DNA of 64,000 bases from positions 47,926,001 through 47,990,000 of the forward strand of contig OZ024745.1 of the NCBI GenBank assembly GCA_964016885.1. The letters are read 5' to 3'. This stretch comes from Eledone cirrhosa. Its lineage: Eukaryota. Below are positions 38,790-51,045 of this stretch, piece after piece; position 1 is the stretch's first letter; every line of letters begins with the position of its first letter. Under the pieces are notes generated by a model that saw only the letters and a list, made by a program, of their open reading frames with translations, had not been told where the DNA came from and ran no database searches. The translations under genes were made by a program, and so were the position numbers.

Positions 38790-39600
38790 GTTTTAAAATT
38801 GGGCAGCAAAAAAAAAAAAGTATCAGTTATATTCTAAACACATATATTGCTCTGACTCATCTCAGAAAACAGAACATTTTTTTCAAGTAATATTTTCAAC
38901 CCATGAGAGAAATTATTTATTACAAAAGTTTAGAGCCTAAATAAACCATTAACCCTTTTGATATTCAACTCTGGAAGAGAATGTACACTCATGGGCTTTA
39001 AAATTAGGCAACAAAGAAAAGTATCAGTTACTGTGTATACTTAAATATAAGCCAAGGTATATGGGAGAGGCGGTTAGCTTATATACACCATCTAAACAAT
39101 GTGTTGATTAGCTGCCTCAGCTTATAAATTAAATGGGGTTTGGATTTTTGCTTATTTCTCATACATAAAATAGGTGAGTCAACTTATATTTTAGTCATCA
39201 TCATCATCATCATCATCACCGTTTTACGTCCGTTCTTCCACGCTAGCATGGGTTAGACGGGTTGTCCTGTTGTGGGCAGTGTCTGGTCAGCTGACCATGC
39301 CTTGCTCATACAGGAACTGATCTGGCTTGATTTCTACAGCTGGATGCCCTTCCTAACACCAACCTCATTTACAGTGAGTGCTGGGTGCTTTTTCGTGGCG
39401 CCTACACGTCCACTTTACAGTGTGGGCTGGGTGCTTTTAGTATATACAGTATATTCTAAACACATATATTGTTCTGATTCAGTCAGCCTAAGGACTCATT
39501 TCAGAAAATACAACATTTTAGGTAATATTTTCAAATCTTGAGAGAAATTATTTATAACAAAAGTTTAGAGCCTAAATAAACCATTAACCCATTTGATATT
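38790..39600 (+). repeat. Old tandem duplication (~190-bp unit) with the second copy interrupted by inserted sequence
   Basis: 38791-38829 recurs at 38996-39030; 38829-38965 recurs at 39450-39600. Confidence 0.78.
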
Positions 39601-40329
39601 AAACATCTCCTGGTTCTGCAATACAAAACTGGTTGTTTTAAAATGTTTACATTTATCTAAAAACCTTCCATCATAATATTATGTAAGAACCATTGTTATG
39701 TTACAATTACCAGCTTTATAACAAGACAGTTATGTTACTGAATTTCTCCAAATTTTTTTATTATTTCAAAAATTATTTGAAAACAATAGGCAGTGTCTTT
39801 CATTAGCAATATGGAAATGAAAGAATCAATGCAATAAGACTGCTGCTCTAGTGACTAAATAATAGCTGAGAAGTTAAAATCCAGTTAAAATACTATGCAA
39901 AATGTTCAGAAAGAGAAATATAACATGTTAATATCAATTATATCATTCACTATTACTGATGAATCCAATCTCAGTTTTGACAATGATTATTCTGTTGATC
40001 GATCAACTGTGTCTGACTAGTAAAATTAACGTGTAAGTGGTTAAGTATTCCATGTACCCTAAACATTATTCCTAAGCCGAACCAGTGTGACACCATGTGG
40101 CATGGCTGGACATTTAGATTACAAGTACAACTCATCTGATAGGCATCCAATTATTTTCCGCTTTCCAAATTTCACTCATAAAACTTGAGTTAAACTGGGG
40201 CTATAGTAAAGAAATTTGTCCAAAATGTTATGCAAATGGATTGACCCAGGACTTTGCGATTACAAACAAACTTTTTAACTACTCAGCTATGCTTGCATAC
40301 ACTTAATCACTCCTAGTTTTGAATTATTA

Positions 40330-40520
40330 TTGGATTGACAGTATCGGTAGAGGGTCGGACGCCATGCTTTGCAGCAGAGTTACGGCCCTTTATGATCTGA
40401 GTTCAAATCCCGCCGAGGTTAAATTTGCCTTTCATCCTTATGGGGGTCGATAAAATAAAGTACCAGTAATACACTAGGATAATTGCTGGCCTTGTGCCAA
40501 AAGTAAAAACAATTATTATT
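40330..40520 (+). mobile_element. Nin/Deu-domain tRNA SINE, near full length
   Basis: B-box gagttcaaatcc, gcctttcatcc...gtcgataaaataaagtaccag, tail gctggccttgtgccaaaagta. Confidence 0.82.
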
Positions 40521-40834
40521 TGTGGTTGTGTTTTTTAGCTGCTCCTGTAACGTAAAAAAAAAAAAAAAAAGATGGTTACAGGGTTACAGGTAGGATACCT
40601 TTGCTCAGTGAAGACTGACCTGAGGCTAAATAACAGCTAAAGATAACTTGAAAATAACAAGCATGGTGATTTTGATGCAAACAATATTATACATACATAT
40701 ATATATAAAATAACAGTTTGACATCATTCTGTACTACCAGTGGTTTCAAGACAAAACCACATCTAAATCATCAAGTGCAGAATTAATTCAAATACTCAAA
40801 TTCCACATTATGTGTGTTTATTGCTTTTTATTTT

Positions 40835-40867
<33 letters not shown>

Positions 40868-40868
40868 A

Positions 40869-40989
40869 ATATTTATTAAAATAACATATTAAAGTTTAAG
40901 CAAAGAATCGCTGTTTTCACCCTTAACGGGATCTTTCAGAAGATCCCGTTAAGAGTGAAAGCAGTTTAATCTGTTATTTTAATAAATAT
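40869..40989. repeat. Fold-back with ~25-bp central stem
   Basis: CTGTTTTCACCCTTAACGGGATCTT-TCAG-AAGATCCCGTTAAGAGTGAAAGCAG, with outer arms atatttattaaaataaca / tgttattttaataaatat. Confidence 0.88.
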
Positions 40990-41863
40990 ATATATATGAC
41001 AGTCAATCGACTTTCGTCAAATCGGACAGAGGAAACAATGTTTCCATTGGTCTTTCCAATTGCTAATACTATCTATCAGTCACAACTCCAGGTAGAAGGA
41101 GCAACGTGAAATAAAGTCTCTTGTCCAAGTACATAACGCATCGCCCGGTCCAAGAACCAAACTCACAACCTCACGATTGCAAATCCAATTTTCTTACTAC
41201 TCAGCCATGCGCCTTCACTATATATACTTAAGCATGACATAGCTTTACATGCTCCAATTAACTCACCTAAAGATATGCAGCACTTTCACAATTGATGGGA
41301 ATAGTATTATGAAGAGTCTGGCCTCTGTCCAACAAATCATGCAAATGTTTATTTGTAGAACCATCCAACATATTGCTAACAGGAAAATAAATATATATGG
41401 GTGCAAACATGACTGTGTGGTTAAGAAATTTGCTTTACAATCACATGCTCTCAGGTTCAGTACCACAACATGGCACCTTTGGCATGGGTCTTCTATTATT
41501 CCCTTGGGCTGACCTATGCTTAGTGAGTAAATTTGGTTGATAGAAGCTGTTAGAAATCTCATCATATATACACACACACATACACACCCTTGCAAGCAGG
41601 CAAAAGCAGACGTAAAATGAAATGAAAAAAAACAAACACACACACACTAAATTTAGGTTTAATCAATACATATAAAATATATATTGATTGCATTTTTCAA
41701 TAAAAAGTCCCATGAACATCAATTCAGCGCATCAATAATACAAGTTTAAATGATATATAAATAAATATATATTGATATTATCAATTGAGAAACTACTAAT
41801 ATTTTGTACAAATATACAGAACAATTAATATGTAAGAAAATATACTTACTTCAATATGGTAAA

Positions 41864-41922
<59 letters not shown>

Positions 41923-41953
41923 CCATACCAGCATGGAAAAGCTGACTTAAAAA

Positions 41954-42417
41954 TCTAAACTATAATAAAGTAAGGAGTGCGGGACTGCGTCCAGAATATA
42001 TTTTTTTATCCCATTTGTAAAATAAGTTGGATTACTTTGAATAAATAATGAATGAATATTGCATAATTTATTTACTAAATTTCGTTATTCTTGATTAAAT
42101 ATAAATAATTTTGTGCCTTATTTTAAGATTCACTTCTTTTAAATTTTCAAATGTCAACACTTCCGGTTAGCGATCGCGTAAATAAAAATTCATATATTTC
42201 TGTCACTAATTTTCTTCTAATGCAGTTTATATATAATATCGTCTTTTTTTAATGTATCATGGATTACGTTACTGATTACATAAGACAGTGTAACGCAGTC
42301 TTCATTCAATTTCTGTGTATATTATCTATTACGATTTTATTTGATGTATCATATCTACATGCATATAATATCAATATGCAAGCAGAAAAACCACCTGAAG
42401 GGTGGTTTTTCTGCTAG
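41954..42417 (+). mobile_element. Complete non-autonomous Helitron (464 bp)
   Basis: A|TCTAAACTATAATAAAG 5' end; 3' hairpin AGCAGAAAAACCACC-TGAAG-GGTGGTTTTTCTGCT then CTAG|T; inserted between A and T with no target duplication. Confidence 0.82.
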
Positions 42418-42448
42418 TGATTATAATGATGATATATAGTAGCCAATC

Positions 42449-42479
<31 letters not shown>

Positions 42480-42497
42480 ATATATATATATATATAT

Positions 42498-42851
42498 GGA
42501 GGCACATGGCTTAGTGGTTAGAGCATTGGCCTTGCAATCGAAAGGTTGTGAGTTCAATTCTCAGACCGGGTGATGTGTTGTTTCCTTGAGCAAGGCACTT
42601 TATTTCACATTGCTCCAGTTTACTCAGCTGTAGAAAATAGATGATAGGGACTGGGGTCCATATCATTCCACTGTAAAGTGGACGTGGAGGTGCCACGGCA
42701 AAAAAGCACACAGCACTCACTGTAAACGAGGTTGGTGTTAGGAAGGGCATCCAGCTGTAGAAATCAAGCCAGAATCAGTTCCTGTCCCATCCTTGCAAGC
42801 AGGGAAAAGTGGACGTAAAATGAAATGAAATGAAATGAAAATGAAATGAAT
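42498..42851 (+). mobile_element. Full-length tRNA-CORE-Meta SINE with RTE-derived tail
   Basis: A-box tggcttagtgg, B-box gagttcaattc, cttgagcaaggcactttatttcac, gttggtgttaggaagggcatccagc, tail (aaatg)n. Confidence 0.88.
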
Positions 42852-43692
42852 ATATAATGTCTGTGCATATGTATATATATAGGAATGTATGTGTGTCAAT
42901 CACTGCAAACGTTTTCACAGCATTTACCAAATAGGCAGTGATGTTTGCTTATGCACCCAATAAACAATATGTCAGGCAGTGTGGCTGTTTGACAAAGGTT
43001 AGCAATACATACTATACTTGAAGTAAAGTAAGTTGGTATCAGGAAGGACATCTACCAATAGACAAAAATTGCCTGTAAAAGTTATCATCCAACTCATGCA
43101 AGAATGGAAAAGCAGACGTGGCAATGATGATGACAGTAATACAAATTATATTTAAATATGAACTACAAACAGAAATTTAGCTTTATCGTTTTCATGTTAG
43201 ATAGCTTTACTTTCAATCTTATATGGAAAAGATTTATATTCATAGAATTTCTAAAAAAAAATTCATGGCATGAAGTAACTCCTTCCTTATTTCAATAACA
43301 TCCATGAAGCTACAATGACTATCAATCACTTAAAAAAAAAATTTAAAAAAAGCATTAGATAAATATTTATTTCCAACACTGGCACATTGGGGAGGGTATA
43401 GTTTTTTAAATAAACTCCAGTACTTAACTGGTGTATATATGTAAAGCAAGGAAATATAGGCTATTGGTTAAGGCATTCAGTGAGATATAAACCAAAATAA
43501 ATACTCTGTAGAATAGTCATCATATGAATAAATATCATCACTATAGCATTCTTTCTCAAAGTGGGTTCCATGAGATAAGGTATCTTTTAATAAATTCAGT
43601 AAAAATGTTATGCTTTTTTTAAAAAAAAATCATATAAGGGTTCTGCGACAAAATAAGTTTAGGAACAGCTTTATAGCTTTAAATATCCTAAC

Positions 43693-43780
43693 CTTTGCAG
43701 GAGCTTTTCAGCCTCGGCTTGATCCACATGTAATCCCAAATTTTTGAAGGATGTGATGATTTCTGACACATCAATGGCTC
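43693..43780 (-). CDS. SLC25A25: SCaMC internal exon (88 nt): GAIDVSEIITSFKNLGLHVDQAEAEKLLQ(R)
   Basis: Acceptor ccatttcag|GAGCC, donor CAAAG|gttagg; completes EF-hand 3 loop DTNQDGAIDVSE; seen inside ORF 43671..43892. Confidence 0.93.
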
Positions 43781-43830
43781 CTGAAATGGAAAATAAAGTG
43801 AGTGAAAAAGATGTATTAAATGAATTAAAG

Positions 43831-43877
<47 letters not shown>

Positions 43878-43880
<3 letters not shown>

Positions 43881-46800
43881 CATCATCATCATCGTTTAAC
43901 GTCCATATTCCACGCTTGCATGGGTTTGGACGGGAGTTTTCCCACTTGAGGCAAGAGTGGTTGTCTTGCTCGCATAGGACTGTCTGGCGGGTTTTCTACG
44001 GCTGGATGCCCTTCCTAACACCAACCACATTTACAGTGTGGAACTGGGAGGTTTTTACCGTGTTACCTACACGGCCACATTACAGCGTGGACTATGTGTT
44101 TTTTTTGTCGTGACACCTACACGACCTCATTTGTTTCAGCCTGGATGTTGTGGTACCAAACATAACTTTACATTGAAGGGGCGGTGTGGATGGCGGTGGG
44201 GGTAGTGGGACGGGGTGTATTTTGTTAGAGGTGCCTACTGACTGTAGTAGGTTTTACTTTGTATTTAGGTGAGGCGGGTCTTCTCTGTTACTGAGTACCG
44301 CCAAAGATCTCGGTCCAGTGACATTGTCTTGGAGATGTGTAAGTGTGTGAGGTCGGAATTTATCAAGTCCTCCCAGGTTTTTCTGGGTCTGCCTACTCCG
44401 TGGCTACCGTCTATTTTTATTGCTCTGCACTTTTTTATACAGCTGTCGTCTTTCATGCGCATCACGTGACCATACCAACGTAGCCTTCTCTCGAGTAAAC
44501 AACATCTGATCCCTCTTATTTCTAATTTTTCCCTTAGTTCGTTAATGCTTTGCCGTTCACGTATATTACTATTACACATCCAGCGGAGCATGCAAGCTTC
44601 GTTCCTCTCTAGTCTGCGTATATCCTCTGCACACAATGCCCAGGTCTCACTGCCATGCAACATTGCTGTTCGTATGCAGGCATCATACAGCCTGCCTTTC
44701 ATTTTTAGGGAGAACCCTTTAGCGGCTAATAGTGGTATAAGCTCTCTGAACTTTTTCCATCCAGTTCTGACACTAGCTACTGTACTTTCAGAGCACCCTC
44801 CCCCACTGCTGATTTTGTCACCCAGGTAACGGAAGCTGTCCACTATTTCTATAGAACCCTCTGCGCAATTGAAAGAGTGAGTATTTTGTGGGCACTTGCT
44901 GCTACTTATTGCACCAGAGCACCGGCCACATGTAAAATCTATGTTCTTAGTTAGCTTACCTGTGATCCCACATCTTTTATGCACCCATACTTTGCATTTG
45001 GGACATAAAATGGAGTTTCTACCTACGCCTTTCCTACACACTGAGCATGGCCATTTCCCGGAAGGGACCGGCGCCTTATTTTCTTTCCTACAAACTAGAA
45101 CTTTAGTCTTAGCCAGGTTAATTTTAAGGCCGTGCTTCCATGTTTGGAATTTCTTCTCTAGCTCGGTCATTGATTCAGCTATGAGCGTTAGATCATCTGC
45201 GTATAGGAGTTCCCATGGGCAGCCGGTCTTGAACTCCACTGTTATAGCCTGAAGGGCAATAATAAATAGTAGGGGGCTAAGAACGGAGCCCTGATGAACA
45301 CCAACTTTTACGCTAAACTCTTCACTATATTCGTTGTTAATTCTAACCTTGCTGACTGTTTCTTTATACATGGCTTGTATAGCTCTCACAAGCCATTCGT
45401 CAACACCTAGTTTTCTAAGAGCCCACCAGATAATGGAACGGGGGACTGTCGAAGGCTTTCTCCAAGTCGACAAAAGCTAAGTATAGGGGTTTACTTTTAG
45501 CTAGGTACTTCTCCTGTAGTTGTCGTACAATGAAAAGAGCATCTGTGGTACTTTTGCCTGACACAAACCTGAACTGCATTTCATCTAGATCAATTCTCTC
45601 GCTGATTAGTTGCGCTATTACTTTTTCCGTGACCTTCATGACCTGGTCGATTAATTTAATGCCTCTATAGTTACTCCTATCTAGGGCATCTCCTTTACCC
45701 TTGTAACAGTTAATGATGATGCTGCTACGCCAGTCCTTCGGAACAACCCCATTCTGTATGACTTGGTTTACTATCCGGGTGACCATGGTGTGTCCCACCG
45801 TTCCAGAGGCTTTCAGCATCTCAGCAACTATTTCCGAAGGCCCAGCCGCCTTACCCATCTTCATATCTTTGATTGCCTTACTTATTATACTACCTTCGAC
45901 TAACACTGCTGGTCCCTCTATTGGGTCAATGTGGGGGAGACTGTCTTTCTCCCATTTATTCTCTTCATTTAGTAGCCTTTCGTAGTGACACTTCCAAGCT
46001 ACCTTCTTATCAGCGTCAGTGATGGCAAGTACACCATCATCATTAAGTACGCACTTCTCCCCGACAATATCACGGTTTTCCTTCACACATTGCCTAGCAA
46101 TCCTGAACACCTCACGTTTTTGGTCCTCGCGTTGTAGAACATGCTTGAACTTTCTTTCCTCTGCTTCCCTTCTTGCGAAGCACACTTGTCTCCTAGCTTC
46201 CCTCCTGGCCACTTGATAGTCTTCTCTACTTCCCCCATCCCACCATACTTTCCAAGCCTGCTTTTTGGCCTTAATTGACTCCTCCATCTTACTGTTCCAC
46301 CACCATGTTACTCTCCTCCTGCCTATAGGCCTGCTCCAGCCACAGACTTCGTCTGCCGCCATCAGCAGGTTTGCTTTCAGGAATTCCCACTGTTCCTCTA
46401 TATTGTACGACTAAATGCTCTTCCTTACTGTCGAAAGCATCAAGTAATATGCTTTTAAATTTATTTCTGGCTGTGGGGTCCTTTAGCTTCCATATTTTTC
46501 TCCTGAGGATAGTCCTCTTCTGCTGTCGAGTACGTCTCGTCCTGACTATGAGGTCGCTAATTATGAGTATGTTGGGAGGTGCATTCTTCATGGGGGAGGG
46601 ATTTAGTGTTTACAACAGACACTCTGTCACGTCTTCTGGTAAGGATATAATCTACCTGGCTGGTATGTTCCTCTGATCTGTAGGTGATCAAGTGATTGTC
46701 TCGTTTTTTTAAGTTAGTGTTACAGATAGTTAGGTTATTTGCGTCACAGAATTCCAGGATTCTGGAGCCTTCCTCATTTCTAGTACCAAACCCATAGCCT

Positions 46801-47935
46801 CCGTGGATTCCGTCATAGCCGTCACAATGTTGTCCAACGTGACCATTTAGGTCGCCTGCAATAATTATATAGTCACTGTCGGTTATTTGGGAGGTAGTGA
46901 GCATCAGTGTCTCATAGAAACTGTCTTTTATAGCGCCAGGCAGTCCGGATTGGGGCACGTACGCAGATATTACCGTAACAGTAGTTCTATTTGGAACAAG
47001 TCTTATTTTAATTATTCTGTCATTCATTCTATTTACGTCTATTATATTATCCACCCTTTTTTCTGCTAACATGATTCCTACTCCACCCAGCCCATTGTCA
47101 TTTCCCACCCAGAAAAGCTTATAGCATCGTTTTTTACCCACAATGAATCTAGCAGACCCGCCCCTCCACCTGGTCTCTTGGATACAGCAAACATCAACCT
47201 CCTTACGTTCAAGCATTTCTACAACCTCGTTAGAGCGACCTTTTAAGGTGCCTACATTCATGGTACCAACTCTGAAGTCTTGGATTGCGTTTGGTGGGTG
47301 GGGCACAGGGAGGGGTGAGGTGGTTGGGGTTGGGGTTATGTTGGCCATCCGCGGCCGCAACAAAGAGGAGGAAGCCTTGCCCTTTCGTCCGGCAGCATGA
47401 GGTGAATTTGTCGTTATCTTTGGCATTGTCTTCGGGTGTCCAGATTCTTCAGACTCTCCAGAAATTCCTTAGTCCATCCATCATATCGAAAAGCAACCAG
47501 AAGTGATAGCATAGGCCGTTGACTCGTGATTGGTCCAAATAATAAGGTGGAGAGTGGGGGAGGGAGGGGTATGGGGTAGTTTGCGAGGAGCAGGCTTATT
47601 TATATTTCGTGCGTAGGGACTGAGAGGGAGTGAGAGAGCGATGTATATGATAGAGAGAGAGTGAGGGTGAAAGCGGCTTTAGAGGGCCGAAAGAGAGAGA
47701 GGCCATTTCTATGAATCCTGGAAAAATTTTTCCGCCAAAATGGTAGCGGGAGGATTATTTAGAACAACGTGGAGAAGATTTTTAAAACAGTGAGACAGAA
47801 TTATAGAAAGACAATTATGAATAATATTTTGGTTCTGGGCGATTATAGATATACGGATGAATGAACCGAAGGGTGGGGAGTTAAGAAGAAAATGATATTT
47901 GTACGTTACATTTCTTAGAAGCAGACTGACCATCA
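43878..47935 (-). mobile_element. Near-full-length RTE-clade LINE: APE endonuclease, RT, PHD-like Cys finger, 3' UTR with (GAT)n tail; ORF broken by about three frameshifts
   Basis: ORFs 46557..47426 (GTMNVGT, CIQETRW, IAGDLNGHVG, SQVDYIL), 46289..46591, 45415..46362 (NYRGIKL, FVDLEKAFD), 44265..45473 (GVHQGSVLSP, YADD, CSVC..CPKC..H..C..CGRC). 5' boundary approximate. Confidence 0.95.
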
Positions 47936-47949
47936 ATAAAAGTTGACAA

Positions 47950-48250
47950 ATATATATATGCAGAAGGCAAACAGAAATAACAAAGCAAACAATGAAGAAA
48001 TATATTAGTTTTATGCTTGATATAGTAGGAAAAGAATCTTAACGTTTCGGATGCTAGTGCTTCATCAGAAAATAGAATGAGAAATTAAAGAAGAAATAGA
48101 AAGATTGAGGAGATGGACAATGGCGGAAACGAAAACATTTTTTTAGACAAAAATATCATGTCCATTCATGTTGCCATCTCTAGAAAAACTGTTGATGCTG
48201 GCGTTTTGTATAAGATAATCTTGTTTTAAAAGGTGGTGATTAAGCACATT
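47950..48250 (-). mobile_element. Short non-coding repeat carrying a minimal hammerhead motif (Penelope-like/retrozyme-like), copy 1
   Basis: Minus strand TTT-CTGATGA-A-GCACTAGCATCC-GAAA-CG-TT-AAG at 48038-48071; flanks homologous to 60795-60925 and 62717-62800. Confidence 0.62.
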
Positions 48251-50379
48251 ATATATATATATATATATATGAAATGAAAAGCAACATGAAATAAAGCACC
48301 TTGTTCAAAATCACAACATGCCACCCTGTCCAAGAACCAAACCTATGACCTATTTTTATCACCATATAATTATGGATGTCTCACAATCCACCAGACAAAT
48401 TAATTTATGTTAGGGGGTTACTGCATGGCACAATCCCTTTAGCATTTAAATCAGCCATATCTGGCCAGAATTCTTTCACTTCTTTCTGTTCAAAGCAGCC
48501 ATAACTGGCACCTCATACCGACTTTAAGGTATTGTTCTCAAAATAAATAATATCAAAATCTCGTAGATTCGATATTATGCGAGATAAAGCCTTTACCATG
48601 AAAATATAATATTAAATAGAAAGTAATGTAAATGCTAAAGGGTTAAATATAACTTTAAACATTTCCACCTTCATCTAAATATAGCTGAGGGATATGTAGA
48701 GTGTTTCTAACTCCGTAATGTTTCTAGTGAATTATTATATAGTTCAGCATAACAGATAAACCAACAGTGAAAATTCGGCATTTTACCTATAAACACACAA
48801 ACTAAAACAGAGATGTGAAGTATTAAAATTCTTATTCCTATAAAAGCTGTCAATAGGCTTATTTGATATGGAAAAATAGTTATTCGAAAATTTAATTTAC
48901 AAATACAAAAGAATCAATATTTTCAAATCTGGATTACAAAAAATACAAAGTAATGAAGAGTAAGGCCTATACTAAATTCTGTTTTTATTCATCTTCAAAA
49001 ATAAATAAAATAAAAACAAGTCATGGATTGGGAACTGGTGACTCTTTAGCCAATCTTGTGTTGCACTTAGGCACTCTGAAATGTTTTTGTCATGTTTTAT
49101 GTCCAACTTTTCCAAGCTAGCATGGGTTGGACAGGATGTTTTCAGACGTTTTACAGCTGGATGCTTTTCCTGGCACCAACCAGTTTAGCTGCCTCTTATG
49201 ACATGCAGAAATACGATGTATCTATTCTAAAGACTGGTACACAGAACATATATTTTTATATTTGTAATCTTGAATGAAAATAAATACCATGATATTAAAG
49301 ATATTTCAGATAAGATTCAAAACCAAAAATCACATTTAGAAAAAGTTAGCTAAAACCAAGTTTTCTTGTATGTAATTTTATTTAACCATGCTAGCATGGA
49401 AAGCCATACACACCCTACAATGTTACCAGGTGACACTCACTACTCTTAAGGCTATCCTCTCACTATCGGTAGCAACAGGCAGCCTACACTCCGCTCATCC
49501 CACCCCACTCCCTATCACTGCACTCTCAGCCTGGCCAAAGATGCAAGCACCCGTGTTGAAATGTGGTAGTGTTGGTTCCACAATAAAATGCAGCCAGTTC
49601 CCCTTGTTAGGTGGTAGTGCCATGAAAAAATGAACCAGGTACATGTCATGAAGTGGCTGGTGTTAAGAAGGGCATCCAGCCAGAGAAACCATGCCAAAAT
49701 GGAAGGTATGAGCAAAACAGTCGTTTGATCTGTCTAGCTTCAGAATGTGACAACTCATCCAACATATGCAAGCATGGAAAATAGACTATGATGATGATAT
49801 ACATGTCCAATAGTAACATTTTTTTTTTGTTTTTTTTAAGCTAAAAATGGCTCTTTAGATTGAAAAGATTCCACAGCCCTGCTATATACGATTGTTTGAT
49901 ATGCTAGAAATAGTAGCCATTACTTCGTTAACCAGGGAGAGGCCATGTTAAAGTAAATAATACATATCTATAAAAAAAAATGCGATGATCGCGACTGAAA
50001 TCCTTTTAATCACGACTTGTGACTAAACAACAAGTAAAAAAAAAAAAAAGGTAACATTCTATGAACAAAATATTACCTTCTAGTGATACTCAAACCATAG
50101 GATATACATATTCCATTAAAATATTTTCAACCATTAAATACAAAAAAAAGTGATGTGGCGTCCATGCAATTTTTTCGAGAATATTATAAATCATCAAATA
50201 GTTGTTATGAAATAAAAACAAACTAAATGATGAATCCATATTGTGCCGCTTGCTGTGTAAAGACGCTTACTTAGGCCAGTAAGTGCCGTCAAATTAAGGG
50301 AGACAACTGCAATTATCTCCCTTTTATTTAATTGCGTATTTTTTTACATTAGCAGTATAAATTAGTTAAAACGTAGATA

Positions 50380-50640
50380 TCAGCAACTATACTTCGCTAC
50401 GAGTCCGGGCAGTGTAGGAGAACACTCCCTGTGGCGCAGGACCCCAGGCGCAAGCCACCACGTAGTCCCAGTAGACAGAATAGAGAAATCGTTATTCCGG
50501 AGGATAACGAGGAAGACACGTTGAAATAGCCATTCCAACACGCAGGGTCCACTCCTGCGGGTGGCCAATTCCACCTCGATAGCAGGGGACAGCGAATGCC
50601 AGAAGTTTCCACCACAATAGATTCAACGCCATTGAGTATT
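50380..50640 (-). mobile_element. CRE-clade non-LTR retrotransposon 3' remnant (RLE C-terminus)
   Basis: VESIVVETSG in one frame then EWLFQRVFLVILRNNDFSILS in the next, resembling the P.AVET.G...WL.QR.S.AI.RGNA.SIL end of CRE ORFs (from recall); GC/CpG-rich. Confidence 0.68.
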
Positions 50641-51045
50641 ATTATTATGGTTGATAATTGTCACTTTTTATAAGCACTAGTTTATTTATGTTCAAGAGAA
50701 AATACCACTTTAAGTTTTCGTTTTTTAATAGCCTAAAATAAAAAGGAAAGACATCGTCAGGTCGGATCAAGGAAACAATGCTTCCATTGTTAATACTATC
50801 TGTCGGTCGCAACTCCTGGCAGAAAGATAAAAACAACAACTTCCTAGTCATTCTAAAATTTTGTTTCTCAAAGTAGTTTTGGACAGGAAAACAGACAAGC
50901 CCGGCGAATGAAATTATTCAAAATAAACAAACAAGCAAACGATTGACGTCTTGAAAATATGAAGGATGGTGTAATATTTGCGGAATGTTGTTTCATCGTA
51001 GATGCAGGGTGAAATGATTACTATTAGTGGAATTCGTTAATTAAA

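Noticed and set aside
42498-42570. Functional tRNA genes at SINE heads (also 51046, 61230, 63480, 63560)
   Set aside because: A/B boxes are present but there is no complete cloverleaf, and they run directly into SINE bodies.
50380-50670. Structured ncRNA gene (RNase P/MRP, 7SK, U17, SRP or telomerase RNA) suggested by several hairpins and an upstream TATAAA
   Set aside because: Diagnostic conserved motifs of each RNA are missing, wobble pairs do not favour one strand, and the minus-strand translation matches a CRE retrotransposon C-terminus.
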